64,000 bases of DNA from Candidatus Hydrogenedentota bacterium (GCA_034669905.1 JAXMOL010000042.1:1-64000); one strand, 5' to 3'. Counted from the stretch's first letter, positions 1 to 9,868 are shown. Notes: a model not told the origin generated them from the sequence alone. Made by a program: numbers and translations.

Positions 1-102
1 GATGCGGAAATTGCGTGCAGCTTGGCGCCATGGCACGAGAGCTCCGTCTGCGATGTTGGTGCCGCCCATCCAGGGCTTGGGGAATTTTGGGTGCGCCATG
101 AA

Positions 103-146
103 CCCAAGGCGTTGCCTTGGGCTAACCTCTTGAGGCCTTTCAGGCC
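103..146. repeat. REP-like double hairpin (CCCAAGGC-GTT-GCCTTGGG and GGCCT-TTC-AGGCC)
   Basis: Two short perfect palindromes at the end of a small ORF; only one copy in the window. Confidence 0.4.
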
Positions 147-364
147 GGATTGCGTTGCAGTTGAGGGATGCTTTCGAATTCCGCGAGCCGTTCCCCCAGC
201 AGGCCAAGGTTCGTCTTCGGCGCCGATTCCCATCCAGGGGCCGGCGGGGGATACCGCTCTTCACCAACGGTCTTTGTCGTGGCGGCATGCCACCAGATGA
301 AGGGAAGAACAAGAATAAACCAGAACACGAGAGCGCCCATGAGCAGCAATACCGCCTGCCGCAT
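140..364 (-). CDS. small hypothetical membrane-anchored protein
   Basis: 74 aa with N-terminal hydrophobic segment (VLLLMGALVFWFILVLPFIWW); AGGA upstream of ATG; co-oriented downstream of arfB. Confidence 0.45.
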   Translation of the reverse strand: MRQAVLLLMGALVFWFILVLPFIWWHAATTKTVGEERYPPPAPGWESAPKTNLGLLGERLAEFESIPQLQRNPA

Positions 365-443
365 GGGGTCCTGAAAGTTGGCCTAAATCGCACGGTAAAT
401 ATCCATTCCCCGTTTCCCTTTTGACCGTGGATGCGTAGCGCCC

Positions 444-866
444 TCATTCGTCGCCGCGCACGTTGCCCCGGGTCTTCTTGAGGTCACCGCGCTTTTTCTT
501 CCCCTCGATGCGCCGCTCTTTGGCCGCACGAGAAGGCCGGGTCTTCACGCGGAATTTGGGGCGGGTGGCGGCGCCGCGGAGCATGGCCACCAATCGGGCC
601 ACCGCTTCTTCGCGGTTGGCTTTCTGGCTGCGCGATGAGGTGGCGTTGATGATGACCACTCCTTCGTCGGTGATGCGGCTGTCCTTTTTTTCCAAAAGGC
701 GTCGCCGCACGCTGTCGGGAAGAGACGGCGAATTCGCCGCGTCGAAGCGCAGTTGCACCCCCGTGGAGGAGGTGTTGACATGTTGTCCGCCCGGACCGGA
801 ACAGCGGATGAACTGCTCGTCCACCTCGTCGTCGTTGAGGGCTATGTTTTCGGTGACTTGAATCAC
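444..866 (-). CDS. arfB: alternative ribosome rescue peptidyl-tRNA hydrolase ArfB
   Basis: SGPGGQHVN GGQ motif, SRSQKANREEA, basic C-terminal tail (KTRPSRAAKERRIEGKKKRG); GTG start at 866 chosen by homology (MIQVTENIAL). Confidence 0.93.
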   Translation of the reverse strand: MIQVTENIALNDDEVDEQFIRCSGPGGQHVNTSSTGVQLRFDAANSPSLPDSVRRRLLEKKDSRITDEGVVIINATSSRSQKANREEAVARLVAMLRGAATRPKFRVKTRPSRAAKERRIEGKKKRGDLKKTRGNVRGDE

Positions 867-1022
867 GGTTCGTTCTTTCTGTCGTGTTGTTATCTTGATG
901 GTACCCCGTGGCCGTGGCCGTCGCAAGGTTTGTCGGAAAATGGCGTCGGGAGCGGTGCCTCCCGGACGACGGCACCTGTTACAATGGCGCCTTGAAACAA
1001 ACCGATGGAATCAGGAGTTGTC

Positions 1023-3449
1023 ATGAAGTTATATCCCCGTTATGCATACCTTTTCCTCGCTACCCTGGGGGCTGCTTTTTCCGCTTCGGCGGTGGAGCCC
1101 GACCCCGGTCTCAAAAACATCGCCGTCGGCGCGCCCTATACCATGGAGCCTGCACCGAGCTACGCGCTGTGCACCGACCCCGATGACCGCATCCAACTCA
1201 CCGATGGGAAGGAGACGGAAGGCTACTTCTGGACCCAGCCCTCCACCGTCGGCTGGGCAAATCACCGCAATGTGATCGTCACCATCGACCTGGGCAGTGA
1301 GCAGGCGATTCGGGGTGCCTCGGTGCGTACGGCCGCAGGGGTGGCCGGAGTGGCCTGGCCCAGTGGTATCCGCCTCTTTGCGGCGGGGGAGGACAAGCAG
1401 TTTCGGGAAGTGGGGGACTTGCTCGGCCTCAGTGCGGCCAACGGACTCCCCGCGCCCCAGCCCTATGGCGTACACCGTTATTGGACCGACGCCCTCCAGA
1501 CCCACGGGCGCTACGTGGCCGTGGTGGTGACCAACCAGCCCTTTACCTTTGTGGACGAAATCCAGGTTTTCGCCGGTGACCCCGCGTGGCTGTCCGAGCC
1601 GGTGGAAGGCCACCCTATCGCCGACATGGCCAAGCACGTGAGCAATAGCCAGACCTGGGACGGCATCGCCCGCCGTCTTCGCCAGGATGACGCCATCATC
1701 CGAAAACGCGCCTTGGCACCCCGTGTGCCCGATGACGTGCGTAGCAATGTGCTCGCCGCGCTCGATGCGATTGACGCTGCCAATCAGCCGGTCCCCGAGT
1801 CGGAGTTGGCCGGTTTCCGGGCGGTCCTGCCGCTGAATAGTCTTCACGCCCGTCAGTTCGCCTGCCAGGCGGCCCTGTGGCGCGCCGAAGGGCATGACGA
1901 CCTGGTGCTCTGGCAATCCCCCCTGTGGGAAAGCCTCGACCATCTGGCGACACCTCCCCGTGATGCGGCGCCCCAACTTACTGTCGCCATGATGGACAAC
2001 GAATACCGGGCGGCATCCTTCAACATCACCAACACGCAGAACGACGCTGTTGAGGTGGTGCTCAACATCGAAGGATTGCCCGGTGACGTGAATCCCGATT
2101 ACATCACGGTCCATGAAGTGGCCTGGACCGACACGGCCTCAGGCCTTCCGGTTTCCAGTGCCCTGCCCGTGGCGTCGCGCAATGCCGAAGGGGCCTGGAA
2201 GATTACCGTGCCCGTCGGTATGACCCGGCCGGTGTGGCTTACCTTTAATCCCCGGGGTGTACCCGCAGGAGTGCATCAGGGGGTCGTGCGGCTGAGTCAC
2301 GGCGATTGGTCGGAGGAGGTGCCCCTTACCTTTCACCAATACCCCCTCCGCTTTCCCGACAAACCGAGCCTGCGTTTTGGCGGGTGGGACTACACCAACG
2401 GCGAGACACATCGGGGAATCAATCCGGGAAACCGCGACGTCGTCATTGCCGACCTGAAAGCCCACTATGTGGATACGCCCTGGGCGACCAGTGCGGTGAT
2501 GCCCCGGGGTATCCATGACGCCAACGGAAACATGACCACGGCACCCGATACGGCCCCCTTCGACGAATGGATCGCCCGCTGGCCCGAGGCCACCAACTAT
2601 GCGGTCTTCGCGGCCGTGAACGATCGCTTCGGGAATTTCGCCATGGACACCCCGGCCTTCAAGACGGCGGTGGGGGAATGGGCCCGGTTCTGGGCAGCGC
2701 ACGCGACGGCGAAGGGTATCGCCCCCGAGCGGGTGTGTGTCTTGCTCCTCGACGAGCCCCACGAGCCGGCCCAGGACGCCATCATCATTGCCTGGGCCAC
2801 GGCCATCAAAACGGCGGGTGTGGACCTCACTATCTGGGAGGACCCCACCTATTTGGGCGTGAGTGAAAGTCAGGCCCAACTCGCTGCCGTGTGTGACGTG
2901 CTGTGTCCCAATCGCACGATTTTTCTGCGGGGGAATGAGGAGTACCGGGACTTTTACCGCGCCGAACGGGACAAGGGAACGACCCTGGAGTTCTATTCCT
3001 GTTCCGGCCCCACGACCCTTCTCGACCCCTACAGCTATTTCCGGCTTCAGGCATGGACCTGTTGGGCGGAAGGGGCCACGGCGTCTTATTTCTGGGCCTT
3101 CGGCGACAATGCCGGCGGCTCTTCGTGGAATGAGTATGTGCTCCCGCGCAACATCTACACGTTGACCTATCTGGATGACACGTCTGTGACGCCCGCCAAG
3201 ATGATGGAAGGGGCCCGGGAAGGTATTCAGGATTATGAGTACTTCGTCCTGCTGGAGGCGGCGGTGGAGAAGGCTCCGGACGGGGCAGCCAAGGACGCCG
3301 CCCGGGGACTGCTGGATAGCTTGCCGGCGTTGGTGCTGGAGGCCGGTACGTCGGCGGGACTGATGTGGCACGATGACCTGGATCGCAGCCAGGCCGACAT
3401 CGCCCGGGTCAAGGTGCTGGATGCCCTCGTGGCCTTGGAGGGGAATTAA
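1023..3449 (+). CDS. secreted discoidin-like + glycoside hydrolase 123/DUF4091-like protein
   Basis: AGGAG RBS; signal peptide (…GAAFSASA); N-terminal LTDG…VTIDLG…EIQV F5/8-like domain; LLDEP motif; C-terminal EGAREGIQDYEY DUF4091-like motif. Confidence 0.65.
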   Translation: MKLYPRYAYLFLATLGAAFSASAVEPDPGLKNIAVGAPYTMEPAPSYALCTDPDDRIQLTDGKETEGYFWTQPSTVGWANHRNVIVTIDLGSEQAIRGASVRTAAGVAGVAWPSGIRLFAAGEDKQFREVGDLLGLSAANGLPAPQPYGVHRYWTDALQTHGRYVAVVVTNQPFTFVDEIQVFAGDPAWLSEPVEGHPIADMAKHVSNSQTWDGIARRLRQDDAIIRKRALAPRVPDDVRSNVLAALDAIDAANQPVPESELAGFRAVLPLNSLHARQFACQAALWRAEGHDDLVLWQSPLWESLDHLATPPRDAAPQLTVAMMDNEYRAASFNITNTQNDAVEVVLNIEGLPGDVNPDYITVHEVAWTDTASGLPVSSALPVASRNAEGAWKITVPVGMTRPVWLTFNPRGVPAGVHQGVVRLSHGDWSEEVPLTFHQYPLRFPDKPSLRFGGWDYTNGETHRGINPGNRDVVIADLKAHYVDTPWATSAVMPRGIHDANGNMTTAPDTAPFDEWIARWPEATNYAVFAAVNDRFGNFAMDTPAFKTAVGEWARFWAAHATAKGIAPERVCVLLLDEPHEPAQDAIIIAWATAIKTAGVDLTIWEDPTYLGVSESQAQLAAVCDVLCPNRTIFLRGNEEYRDFYRAERDKGTTLEFYSCSGPTTLLDPYSYFRLQAWTCWAEGATASYFWAFGDNAGGSSWNEYVLPRNIYTLTYLDDTSVTPAKMMEGAREGIQDYEYFVLLEAAVEKAPDGAAKDAARGLLDSLPALVLEAGTSAGLMWHDDLDRSQADIARVKVLDALVALEGN

Positions 3450-3493
3450 GCTGGAGAACGGGACGTTATTGCTTTGCATACGAGTAGATTTAC

Positions 3494-3535
3494 GAACGCG
3501 GGATTTGTTTTCACAGATCCCGCGTTCCTTCTTTT
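3494..3535 (+). terminator. intrinsic terminator
   Basis: GAACGCGGGAT…ATCCCGCGTTC stem followed by CTTCTTTT. Confidence 0.7.
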
Positions 3536-3698
3536 GGCACTATGGAACGGACGTTCTGCCCTTGTTGACAGGTGTGTTCACTATCCTGGGGAAGGAAGTC
3601 CAGATGGGATCGGGTGGTACGATGGACATCAAATAGTGTGAGCGAGAAGAATGCCTCGCGGCGTTCCTCCTATGAAGCGAATAAATAGTGGAACCCTT

Positions 3699-4217
3699 TG
3701 GAGTGCGTAAGCTTGCTTACGCTTTTTCAGAGTGAGCTTGCTCACGGCACAGTCTGTGTGGACAGCCGCGTAAGGGCGTCCAGGATTGGGGAGCAAGCTC
3801 CCCGAGGAAAAGCGGCAGCAAGCTGCCGCACTCCAGGGTGTCGTTGCTTTATCGGGACTTGTTCGTGGCGCCCAGCCATCCCAGCAACGCGCTAGCCAAA
3901 GACGCCGCGGGGCGAACTGCGCTCGCGCGGGAAAGCTTCCAGGCTATACGGGTGTCCTGCCGCTCCACGCACACGAACCGGCGGGGCCGGATCGCGTGGC
4001 ACGACTTTTTTTGATGATCTTGAGCGACAAGAATACCTCGCGACGTTCCTCCCATGAAGCAAATGAATTGTGAAACCCTTTGGAGTGCGTAAGCTTGCTT
4101 ACGCTCTTTTAGCGTGAGCTTGCTCACGGCACAGGCTGCGTGCACGGCCGCTCAAGGGCGCCCAGGATTGGGGAGCAAGCTCCCCGAGGGAAAGGGGCAG
4201 CAAGCTGCCGCACTCCA
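3699..4217. repeat. REPIN-like array 1: two 137-bp inverted REP doublets (3699-3835, 4081-4217)
   Basis: TGGAGTGCGTAAGCTTGCTTACGCT…GTGAGCTTGCTCAC…GGGGAGCAAGCTCCCC…GCAGCAAGCTGCCGCACTCCA repeated with 382-bp period. Confidence 0.85.
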
Positions 4218-4270
4218 GGGTATCGTTATTCTAACGCGGGACACCGTTGGCACCCGTAGTCTCCAACGCG

Positions 4271-5554
4271 TTAGCCAAAGACGCCCCGGGGGGTAGGGGT
4301 GAAGTCGGGGAACACGAAGGCAGGCTCGGGGTTGCCCAGTCGTTGGGAGACCACCTCATGCAAGATGTCCCGGTAGTCGATGGTGATGTCCAGATCCTGT
4401 CCTTCATAGCGCTGCTCTACGGCCAGGCCGGGCCATTGGCTCAAGACCCGTCCCCCCGCCACGGCCCCACCCAATACCAGCATGGCATTGCCGTGACCGT
4501 GGTCCGTGCCGAGGCTCCCGTTTTCCGCGACCACCCGGCCGAATTCGGACTGAACGACGACCGTGACTCCCTGGTCGTTGGTAGCAACGATGTCGGCGTG
4601 GAAGGCTGCCAGGCTATCGGCGAGGTCCTTCATGAGGTCGGCCATTTCGCCATCCAGGGGGCCCTGCTCCTCGTGGGTGTCCCAGCCGCCCTTATCGATG
4701 GCGACGGCTTCCACGCCCACATCCCCGCGAATCAGGGCCGCCGTCGCGCGGAAGGCCTGGCCCAGTTCGCTGTCGGGATAGACCGCGCCGTTCATGGGTT
4801 GGTAACGGTCGAGACCGAGTTGCTCCAGGAGCGCCACCGTCTCTTCCGTAGCCCGGGCCGCGGCCGCCAGGGGGGCGTCGGTGTTTTCATACATGCGCAC
4901 CAGGGTGTTCAATCGCTCGGCGGCGGACCCTTCATTGCCCGCCAGCCGGAAATCGGTGGGGTCGGGAATGGGCAACGCCTGGGGGCCGCCGACGAGGCTT
5001 CGTTGCAGACCGGGGGCGATACCTACGGCGCGCAAGACGCTTTGGGCATTCAGCGGTGCCGTGTTTAGCAGATGGCGGCCCAGCCACCCGGTGACCAGGT
5101 TGGGGTCCCGTGCTTTGCCCACTTCCATAAAGTGCATGGCGTCAAAGTGGGAACGGGTGCCGTCGGTGGAGCCACAGGCATGGACGGGCAGGAGGTCGCC
5201 GGCCGCGTAGGCCCCGTGGAGGGAGGCCATGGCCGGAGCGAGCCCGAAGAAGCCGTCGAGATCCACGGCCGCGTTGACCCCGCTGTCGGGTGGGGCAATC
5301 GCCAGACTTGGTCGGGCATCATAATAGGCCGGGTCGCCATGGGGCGGGATGAGCGAAAGGCCGTCGCAGCCGCCCCGGAGGAAGAGGGAGACCATGACAT
5401 CCCGCGCGGTGTTTTCCGATTGGGCATAGGCCACCCGGGGCACCCAGGTGGGCGCGGCCAGTGCCGCAGCGGCCGCCGCCCCGATTCCGAGAAAGGAGCG
5501 TCGGTTCAGTTGGACATATTCTTCACAGCCGCATCGTGTGCCTTGTCGTTTCAT
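4271..5554 (-). CDS. DUF1501 family Tat-exported protein
   Basis: LNRRSFL twin-arginine signal; FLRGGCDGLS, RSHFDA, GGWDTH, SEFGR, GTDHGHG motifs; start reassigned to ATG 5554. Confidence 0.88.
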   Translation of the reverse strand: MKRQGTRCGCEEYVQLNRRSFLGIGAAAAAALAAPTWVPRVAYAQSENTARDVMVSLFLRGGCDGLSLIPPHGDPAYYDARPSLAIAPPDSGVNAAVDLDGFFGLAPAMASLHGAYAAGDLLPVHACGSTDGTRSHFDAMHFMEVGKARDPNLVTGWLGRHLLNTAPLNAQSVLRAVGIAPGLQRSLVGGPQALPIPDPTDFRLAGNEGSAAERLNTLVRMYENTDAPLAAAARATEETVALLEQLGLDRYQPMNGAVYPDSELGQAFRATAALIRGDVGVEAVAIDKGGWDTHEEQGPLDGEMADLMKDLADSLAAFHADIVATNDQGVTVVVQSEFGRVVAENGSLGTDHGHGNAMLVLGGAVAGGRVLSQWPGLAVEQRYEGQDLDITIDYRDILHEVVSQRLGNPEPAFVFPDFTPTPRGVFG

Positions 5555-5571
5555 GGGTAAACTCCCCGGTC

Positions 5572-7137
5572 CTAATGCCATTGAAAGTCGGCCGAGCTCA
5601 GGGCCATGGACAGGGCCTCCAGTCGACGGAAAAAGTTGTTGGGCGCACCGGCAAGAAAGCCAGTCAGGGCCGCTCGGTGTCCTTCGGGCTGACCATAGTG
5701 GAAGAGCCGGGCGTCGACTTCGTCCAGAAAGACCGCGTCGGACTCCGCCGAAAGAAAAGGCGCGAGGGCGAGGTCGATGGCATCCTGCTGATAGACCAGC
5801 CACAGGCCATAGGTCCACCGGGGCATGAGGTAATTGCCCCAATAGCCTGCCGTGTCTGGATAGCCATTGGGCGGTGCCCAGTGAAAGGGCAGGTGCTCCA
5901 TGGATTGGAGCAGGGCCGCGAAGAGCGGCGCATCCCGAATATCCGAGGGGATGGCGCGGAGGGAAGAGAGGGCGTAGTGGTAGGGCCGCTTCAATTTCGG
6001 CGGCGCCTGCATGAGCCAGTCTTCCCGCAGCACGACACGCAGCATGGCCTTGATGTCGCCGCCTGTTTCTACATAGGCCGCGGCGATTTGGTCCACGAGC
6101 GCCTCGGGCGGGGTATCGCCCCAGAAGCGGATGGCCAGTTTGCGCCCGATGAAGCGTGCCGTCGTCGGGGCGATCGCCGGGTCCGTCGAAAGCAGGGCGA
6201 GCACCTGTTCGCCATCGGCCATGCCCCCGTTGGGCGGCAGACGATGGCCTAATATTGTTTTCTCCCCCCGATCGTGGAGGGGCGGATAGAATTGGAAGCG
6301 GCCGAAATCGGTGTCGGTGTATTCGCCATTGATTGACCAACCGGTGAAGGCCCGGGCCACTTCTTTGACGTCTTCCTGCGTGAATTGGTCTACGCCCAAC
6401 GTGTGGAGTTCCATCAATTCCCGGGCATAGTTTTCGTTGGGCGCTCCCAGACGACTGGAGGCATTGTCGAGATAGATGAGCATGGCGGGGCTCTTCGCAC
6501 TCTGACTCAGCAGGTCGGGGAAGCGTCCCAATGCATGGGGGCGGACGACGTCTAAATCGTCCAGGGGCTTTAAGACGAGCTGGGCGTCGGAGGGGAAATA
6601 GATATTGAAATGATCCGACCAGAACTCCACCATCCGTTCATAGAGCTGGCGCTTGCTGTAGGCGCCCCGCAACAACGTGGCCGTCAGGAACTCTTCCACG
6701 GAAGAAAAGTCTTCTCGGCTTATCGCTTCGAGGCGTTCCCGGGGAGTGGCCTGGAGGGTTGTCAGGGGAGCCAGCTTTGTGTTGAGTGCGCTGTCGTCGA
6801 TGGCATCGTAGGCCAATTGATATTCCAGATAGCCTTCATAGCCCCGATCGAGGGCGCGCTGCGCTTCCTCCCCGCTTATGCCATAGGTGGTCCGGGCCAC
6901 CAGTCGTCTCAGGTTGGCGGGTAGCTCGACTGGCCGTCCCGCGTCTGGAACCGGGTCAGGCCCGGGCGCTTCGTTCGGGCATCCGGCCAGTACGGCGCCC
7001 AGCAAGGTGCTGAGGGTGGGCAGGGTATAACCGGAGCCGGGCAGTCCACTCGGCTCCGATCCATTTGCGTTTATGGTCGTGTTTTCAGATATCATCATGC
7101 CTTCAGCGGGCACCTGTTCGTCTGTCGTGGATTTCAT
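5572..7137 (-). CDS. DUF1800 family protein
   Basis: ERMVEFWSDHFN, SPAMLIYLDN, PNENYARELMELHTLG, DVKEVARAFTGW motifs; canonical partner of DUF1501; start uncertain. Confidence 0.9.
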   Translation of the reverse strand: MKSTTDEQVPAEGMMISENTTINANGSEPSGLPGSGYTLPTLSTLLGAVLAGCPNEAPGPDPVPDAGRPVELPANLRRLVARTTYGISGEEAQRALDRGYEGYLEYQLAYDAIDDSALNTKLAPLTTLQATPRERLEAISREDFSSVEEFLTATLLRGAYSKRQLYERMVEFWSDHFNIYFPSDAQLVLKPLDDLDVVRPHALGRFPDLLSQSAKSPAMLIYLDNASSRLGAPNENYARELMELHTLGVDQFTQEDVKEVARAFTGWSINGEYTDTDFGRFQFYPPLHDRGEKTILGHRLPPNGGMADGEQVLALLSTDPAIAPTTARFIGRKLAIRFWGDTPPEALVDQIAAAYVETGGDIKAMLRVVLREDWLMQAPPKLKRPYHYALSSLRAIPSDIRDAPLFAALLQSMEHLPFHWAPPNGYPDTAGYWGNYLMPRWTYGLWLVYQQDAIDLALAPFLSAESDAVFLDEVDARLFHYGQPEGHRAALTGFLAGAPNNFFRRLEALSMALSSADFQWH

Positions 7138-7312
7138 AGGCGATTCTCCCGGTGGTCCAAGCCGTCGGGCCTGTACGGAACTCTACACCGGCCCGGCGGA
7201 AATGGTTACGCGGGAGGGCAGTCAGGACGCACCGGCCCGTCGTGTGTCCGCTTCGGATGCCGGATAGCCCTTGGGGAATCCGCGCGCCCAACAGTCCCGG
7301 GGTGGCATGTTC

Positions 7313-7357
7313 TGTCTAGTTTTTGTCCTGTTAATTTCTAGACGAATGTGGTATAAT
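7313..7357. promoter_or_regulatory. putative CarH operator overlapping the carH extended -10 promoter
   Basis: Minus-strand hexamers TAGACA (7313-7318), AGGACA (7324-7329), TAGAAA (7335-7340) at exact 11-bp phase; TG-G-TATAAT at 7349-7357. Confidence 0.65.
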
Positions 7358-7363
7358 CCGGAT

Positions 7364-8302
7364 ATGTCTTATGAAGAACCACGACATCCCATCAATTTCG
7401 TCGCCCAGCGAACCGGCCTGTCGACCCACGTTATTCGGGTCTGGGAGCGGCGCTACGCGGCAATCACCCCGACCCGTTCCGAGACCAACCGGCGTTTGTA
7501 CAGCGATGCGGACATCGACCGGCTGAAGTTGTTGAGCCGGGTGAAGGGGCAGGGGCAGTCAATTCGCCTGATTGCGCCCTTGCCCAACGACGAGCTCAAA
7601 CAGATGCTGACGCAGGTGGATGGGGATCGCTTTGCCGCGGCCACACCGGTGTCCAACGAGGCCCATCAGGTGGCCCTTGAGGGACTTAATGCGGAATGCC
7701 GGGCGGCCGTGCTCACCATGGACGAAGAGCGCCTGGCCAAGACCCTGCTCGATGCCAGTGTACAACTGCCGCTGTTGGTGTTGTTAGATGATCTTATCGG
7801 GCCCTTGATGACCTGGGTGGGCGACCGGTGGCACGACGGCTCGATTCGCGTGGCCCATGAGCACATGGCCACGGCGGCGATTCGCAGTTTTCTGGGGCGT
7901 ATCAAGCAGATTCGCCACGCGGGCGATGGCGCACCCTGTGTGGTCATTGCGACCCTCTCCGGACAAGATCACGAAATCGGTGCCCTTATGGCTGCGACGA
8001 TTGCCGCCAACGAAGGCTGGCGTGACGTCTACCTGGGTCCCGATCTACCGGCCCAGGAGATTGCCCTGGCTGCGATGGAATGTAAGGCCCGTGCGGTCGC
8101 AGTAAGTGTCGTGTCGCCCGGGAGTAATCCGACCGTCATTCATGAATTCGCCACCCTCCGCAGTCTGCTGGAAGAACGGGTTCCCCTCCTGGTTGGCGGC
8201 GGCGGTGCCCGACAAAACCGCTTGCACTATGAACTGGACGGCGTTCTTTGCGCAGATACGTTGGGCGATCTTCAGCAGCAACTCAGCCAGTTGAGCCGCT
8301 GA
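7364..8302 (+). CDS. carH: B12-dependent photoreceptor / MerR-family repressor CarH (LitR)
   Basis: MerR wHTH (IRVWERRY…RRLYS), W-x9-EH motif (WHDGSIRVAHEH), B12-binding QDHEIG and YLGPDLP motifs; adjacent to crt genes. Confidence 0.88.
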   Translation: MSYEEPRHPINFVAQRTGLSTHVIRVWERRYAAITPTRSETNRRLYSDADIDRLKLLSRVKGQGQSIRLIAPLPNDELKQMLTQVDGDRFAAATPVSNEAHQVALEGLNAECRAAVLTMDEERLAKTLLDASVQLPLLVLLDDLIGPLMTWVGDRWHDGSIRVAHEHMATAAIRSFLGRIKQIRHAGDGAPCVVIATLSGQDHEIGALMAATIAANEGWRDVYLGPDLPAQEIALAAMECKARAVAVSVVSPGSNPTVIHEFATLRSLLEERVPLLVGGGGARQNRLHYELDGVLCADTLGDLQQQLSQLSR

Positions 8303-8305
8303 GTT

Positions 8306-9868
8306 TCAATCCGCCAAATCGGCCAGAATCACCTGACTGGCATTGCGCCCGGCCGCGCCCATGATGCCCCCACCGGGATGGGTGCTTGCCCCGGTAAAAT
8401 AGAGCCCCGAGATGGGACCCCGATATTGGTGTGCGCCATAGGCTGGTCGGCGGAAAAACATCTGGTCGGACGACATTTCCAGGTGCATCACGTTTCCCCG
8501 CAAGAGGCCGAGTTCCCGTTCCAGAAACAGGGGTGTTTCTACCAGGCGGTCAATGACCGCGCTCTTCACGTTCGGCGCATAGTCCGCCAGTCGGTCCAAC
8601 ATGACGTCGGCCTCCCGATTGCCGATATCGTCCCAGTTTTCTCCATTTGCCAATTCATAGGGATAGTATTGGCCCCACAAGAACAAGGTATGCTTACCTG
8701 CCGGCGCCAGGGTGGGGTCCGCCTTGGAAAAGGTCATGGCGAGCAACGCGGGGTCCCTTGAGGGGCGTCCTGCCTGGTAGTCCGCGAAGGCACGGTCCAG
8801 GTAGTCCATACTGGGACAGACAAACTGGAGTGCGTGGTGATGTTCACCGCCGATGGCCGTGTCGGGGGTGGGCAGGGCCGTGTAGTTGGGCAATTCCTCC
8901 ATGGCGAATCGGACCACCATTCCGAAGCCATTGCCGACGCGGCGCTTCATGACCTTCTTTCGAAAGGTGGAGGGCAGGGCCTCCTTAGACAGCATGCCGA
9001 GGGTCGTGTGGATGTGGGCACCGGAAACGACATGGCGTCCGCGGAATTCCCGCCCATCTGCACACCGCACCCCCGTGGTCCGTCCGCCTGCGACGAGAAT
9101 TTCTTCCACCGGCGCGTCGGTGGTTATGGTGCCACCATGGGACTGGATCATGCGGGCGAGGGCCTGGGTCAACATTCCCGACCCGCCTCGGGGGCGTTTC
9201 ATGCCACTTTGGTGATAGAGGGGGTGCCACATGGCCAGGGGACCCGAAACCGCCTCGTGGGGCGGGGGCCCTGACTGGGCGGCCATCCAGCCGATAACGG
9301 CCTGCACCCGGGGGTCGTGAAAACTCCGTTGAATCAGGGCGTCGTAGCTGCCGAGGGCATCGCGACAGGTTTCCCAGGCGCCCTGGCTGCGGGCGATAGA
9401 ATCGAATACCAGCGACTTGGCAAGCCGCCCCAAGGTGGGCGGATTCATGAAGGCATCCACGAAAGTTTCTGCAACGGGCGTCCATTTTCTTACAAAGTCC
9501 CGGTAGGCGACGGCATCCCGTTCTGAGACCTGGGCGATACTTTCGCAGGTCCGCTCTACGTCGCGCCAGATGGTGATGTGGGAGCCATCGGGGAAGGGGG
9601 CGAAAAAGAGGGGATCAAGGTCAATGTAGTCCAGCCCGTATTCCGCGAGGCGAAGATCCTGGACGATGGGGGTATGGTTGATGAGGATGTGGGCCGAGCC
9701 ACCCAGATCAAACTTGAATCCGGGTACGACTTCTTCGGTGACCACCGCGCCCCCCACGATGGGGCGTCGTTCCACGACATGCACCGAGTGGCCCGCCTGC
9801 GCCAGATAGCCCGCACACACCAGGGCGTTGTGCCCCGCACCCACTACCACGAAATCGACATCGGTCAT
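8306..9868 (-). CDS. crtO: CrtO-type beta-carotene ketolase (phytoene-dehydrogenase-like FAD oxidoreductase)
   Basis: GAGHNAL FAD motif, GGSAHILI, WMAAQSGPPP, WHPLYH, GASTHPGGGIMGA motifs recalled from Deinococcus-type CrtO; last gene of the crt operon. Confidence 0.78.
   Translation of the reverse strand: MTDVDFVVVGAGHNALVCAGYLAQAGHSVHVVERRPIVGGAVVTEEVVPGFKFDLGGSAHILINHTPIVQDLRLAEYGLDYIDLDPLFFAPFPDGSHITIWRDVERTCESIAQVSERDAVAYRDFVRKWTPVAETFVDAFMNPPTLGRLAKSLVFDSIARSQGAWETCRDALGSYDALIQRSFHDPRVQAVIGWMAAQSGPPPHEAVSGPLAMWHPLYHQSGMKRPRGGSGMLTQALARMIQSHGGTITTDAPVEEILVAGGRTTGVRCADGREFRGRHVVSGAHIHTTLGMLSKEALPSTFRKKVMKRRVGNGFGMVVRFAMEELPNYTALPTPDTAIGGEHHHALQFVCPSMDYLDRAFADYQAGRPSRDPALLAMTFSKADPTLAPAGKHTLFLWGQYYPYELANGENWDDIGNREADVMLDRLADYAPNVKSAVIDRLVETPLFLERELGLLRGNVMHLEMSSDQMFFRRPAYGAHQYRGPISGLYFTGASTHPGGGIMGAAGRNASQVILADLAD

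Noticed and set aside
3699..4217. Repeat arrays (also 19986-20460, 28692-29246) as CRISPR, and ORFs across them
   Set aside because: Arms are inverted, spacers are themselves duplicated, periods are 224-430 bp and no cas genes are present; the ORFs are translations of the repeats
5555..6340. N-terminal extension of the 689-aa ORF
   Set aside because: Overlaps DUF1800 in another frame; the Tat leader places the DUF1501 start at 5554
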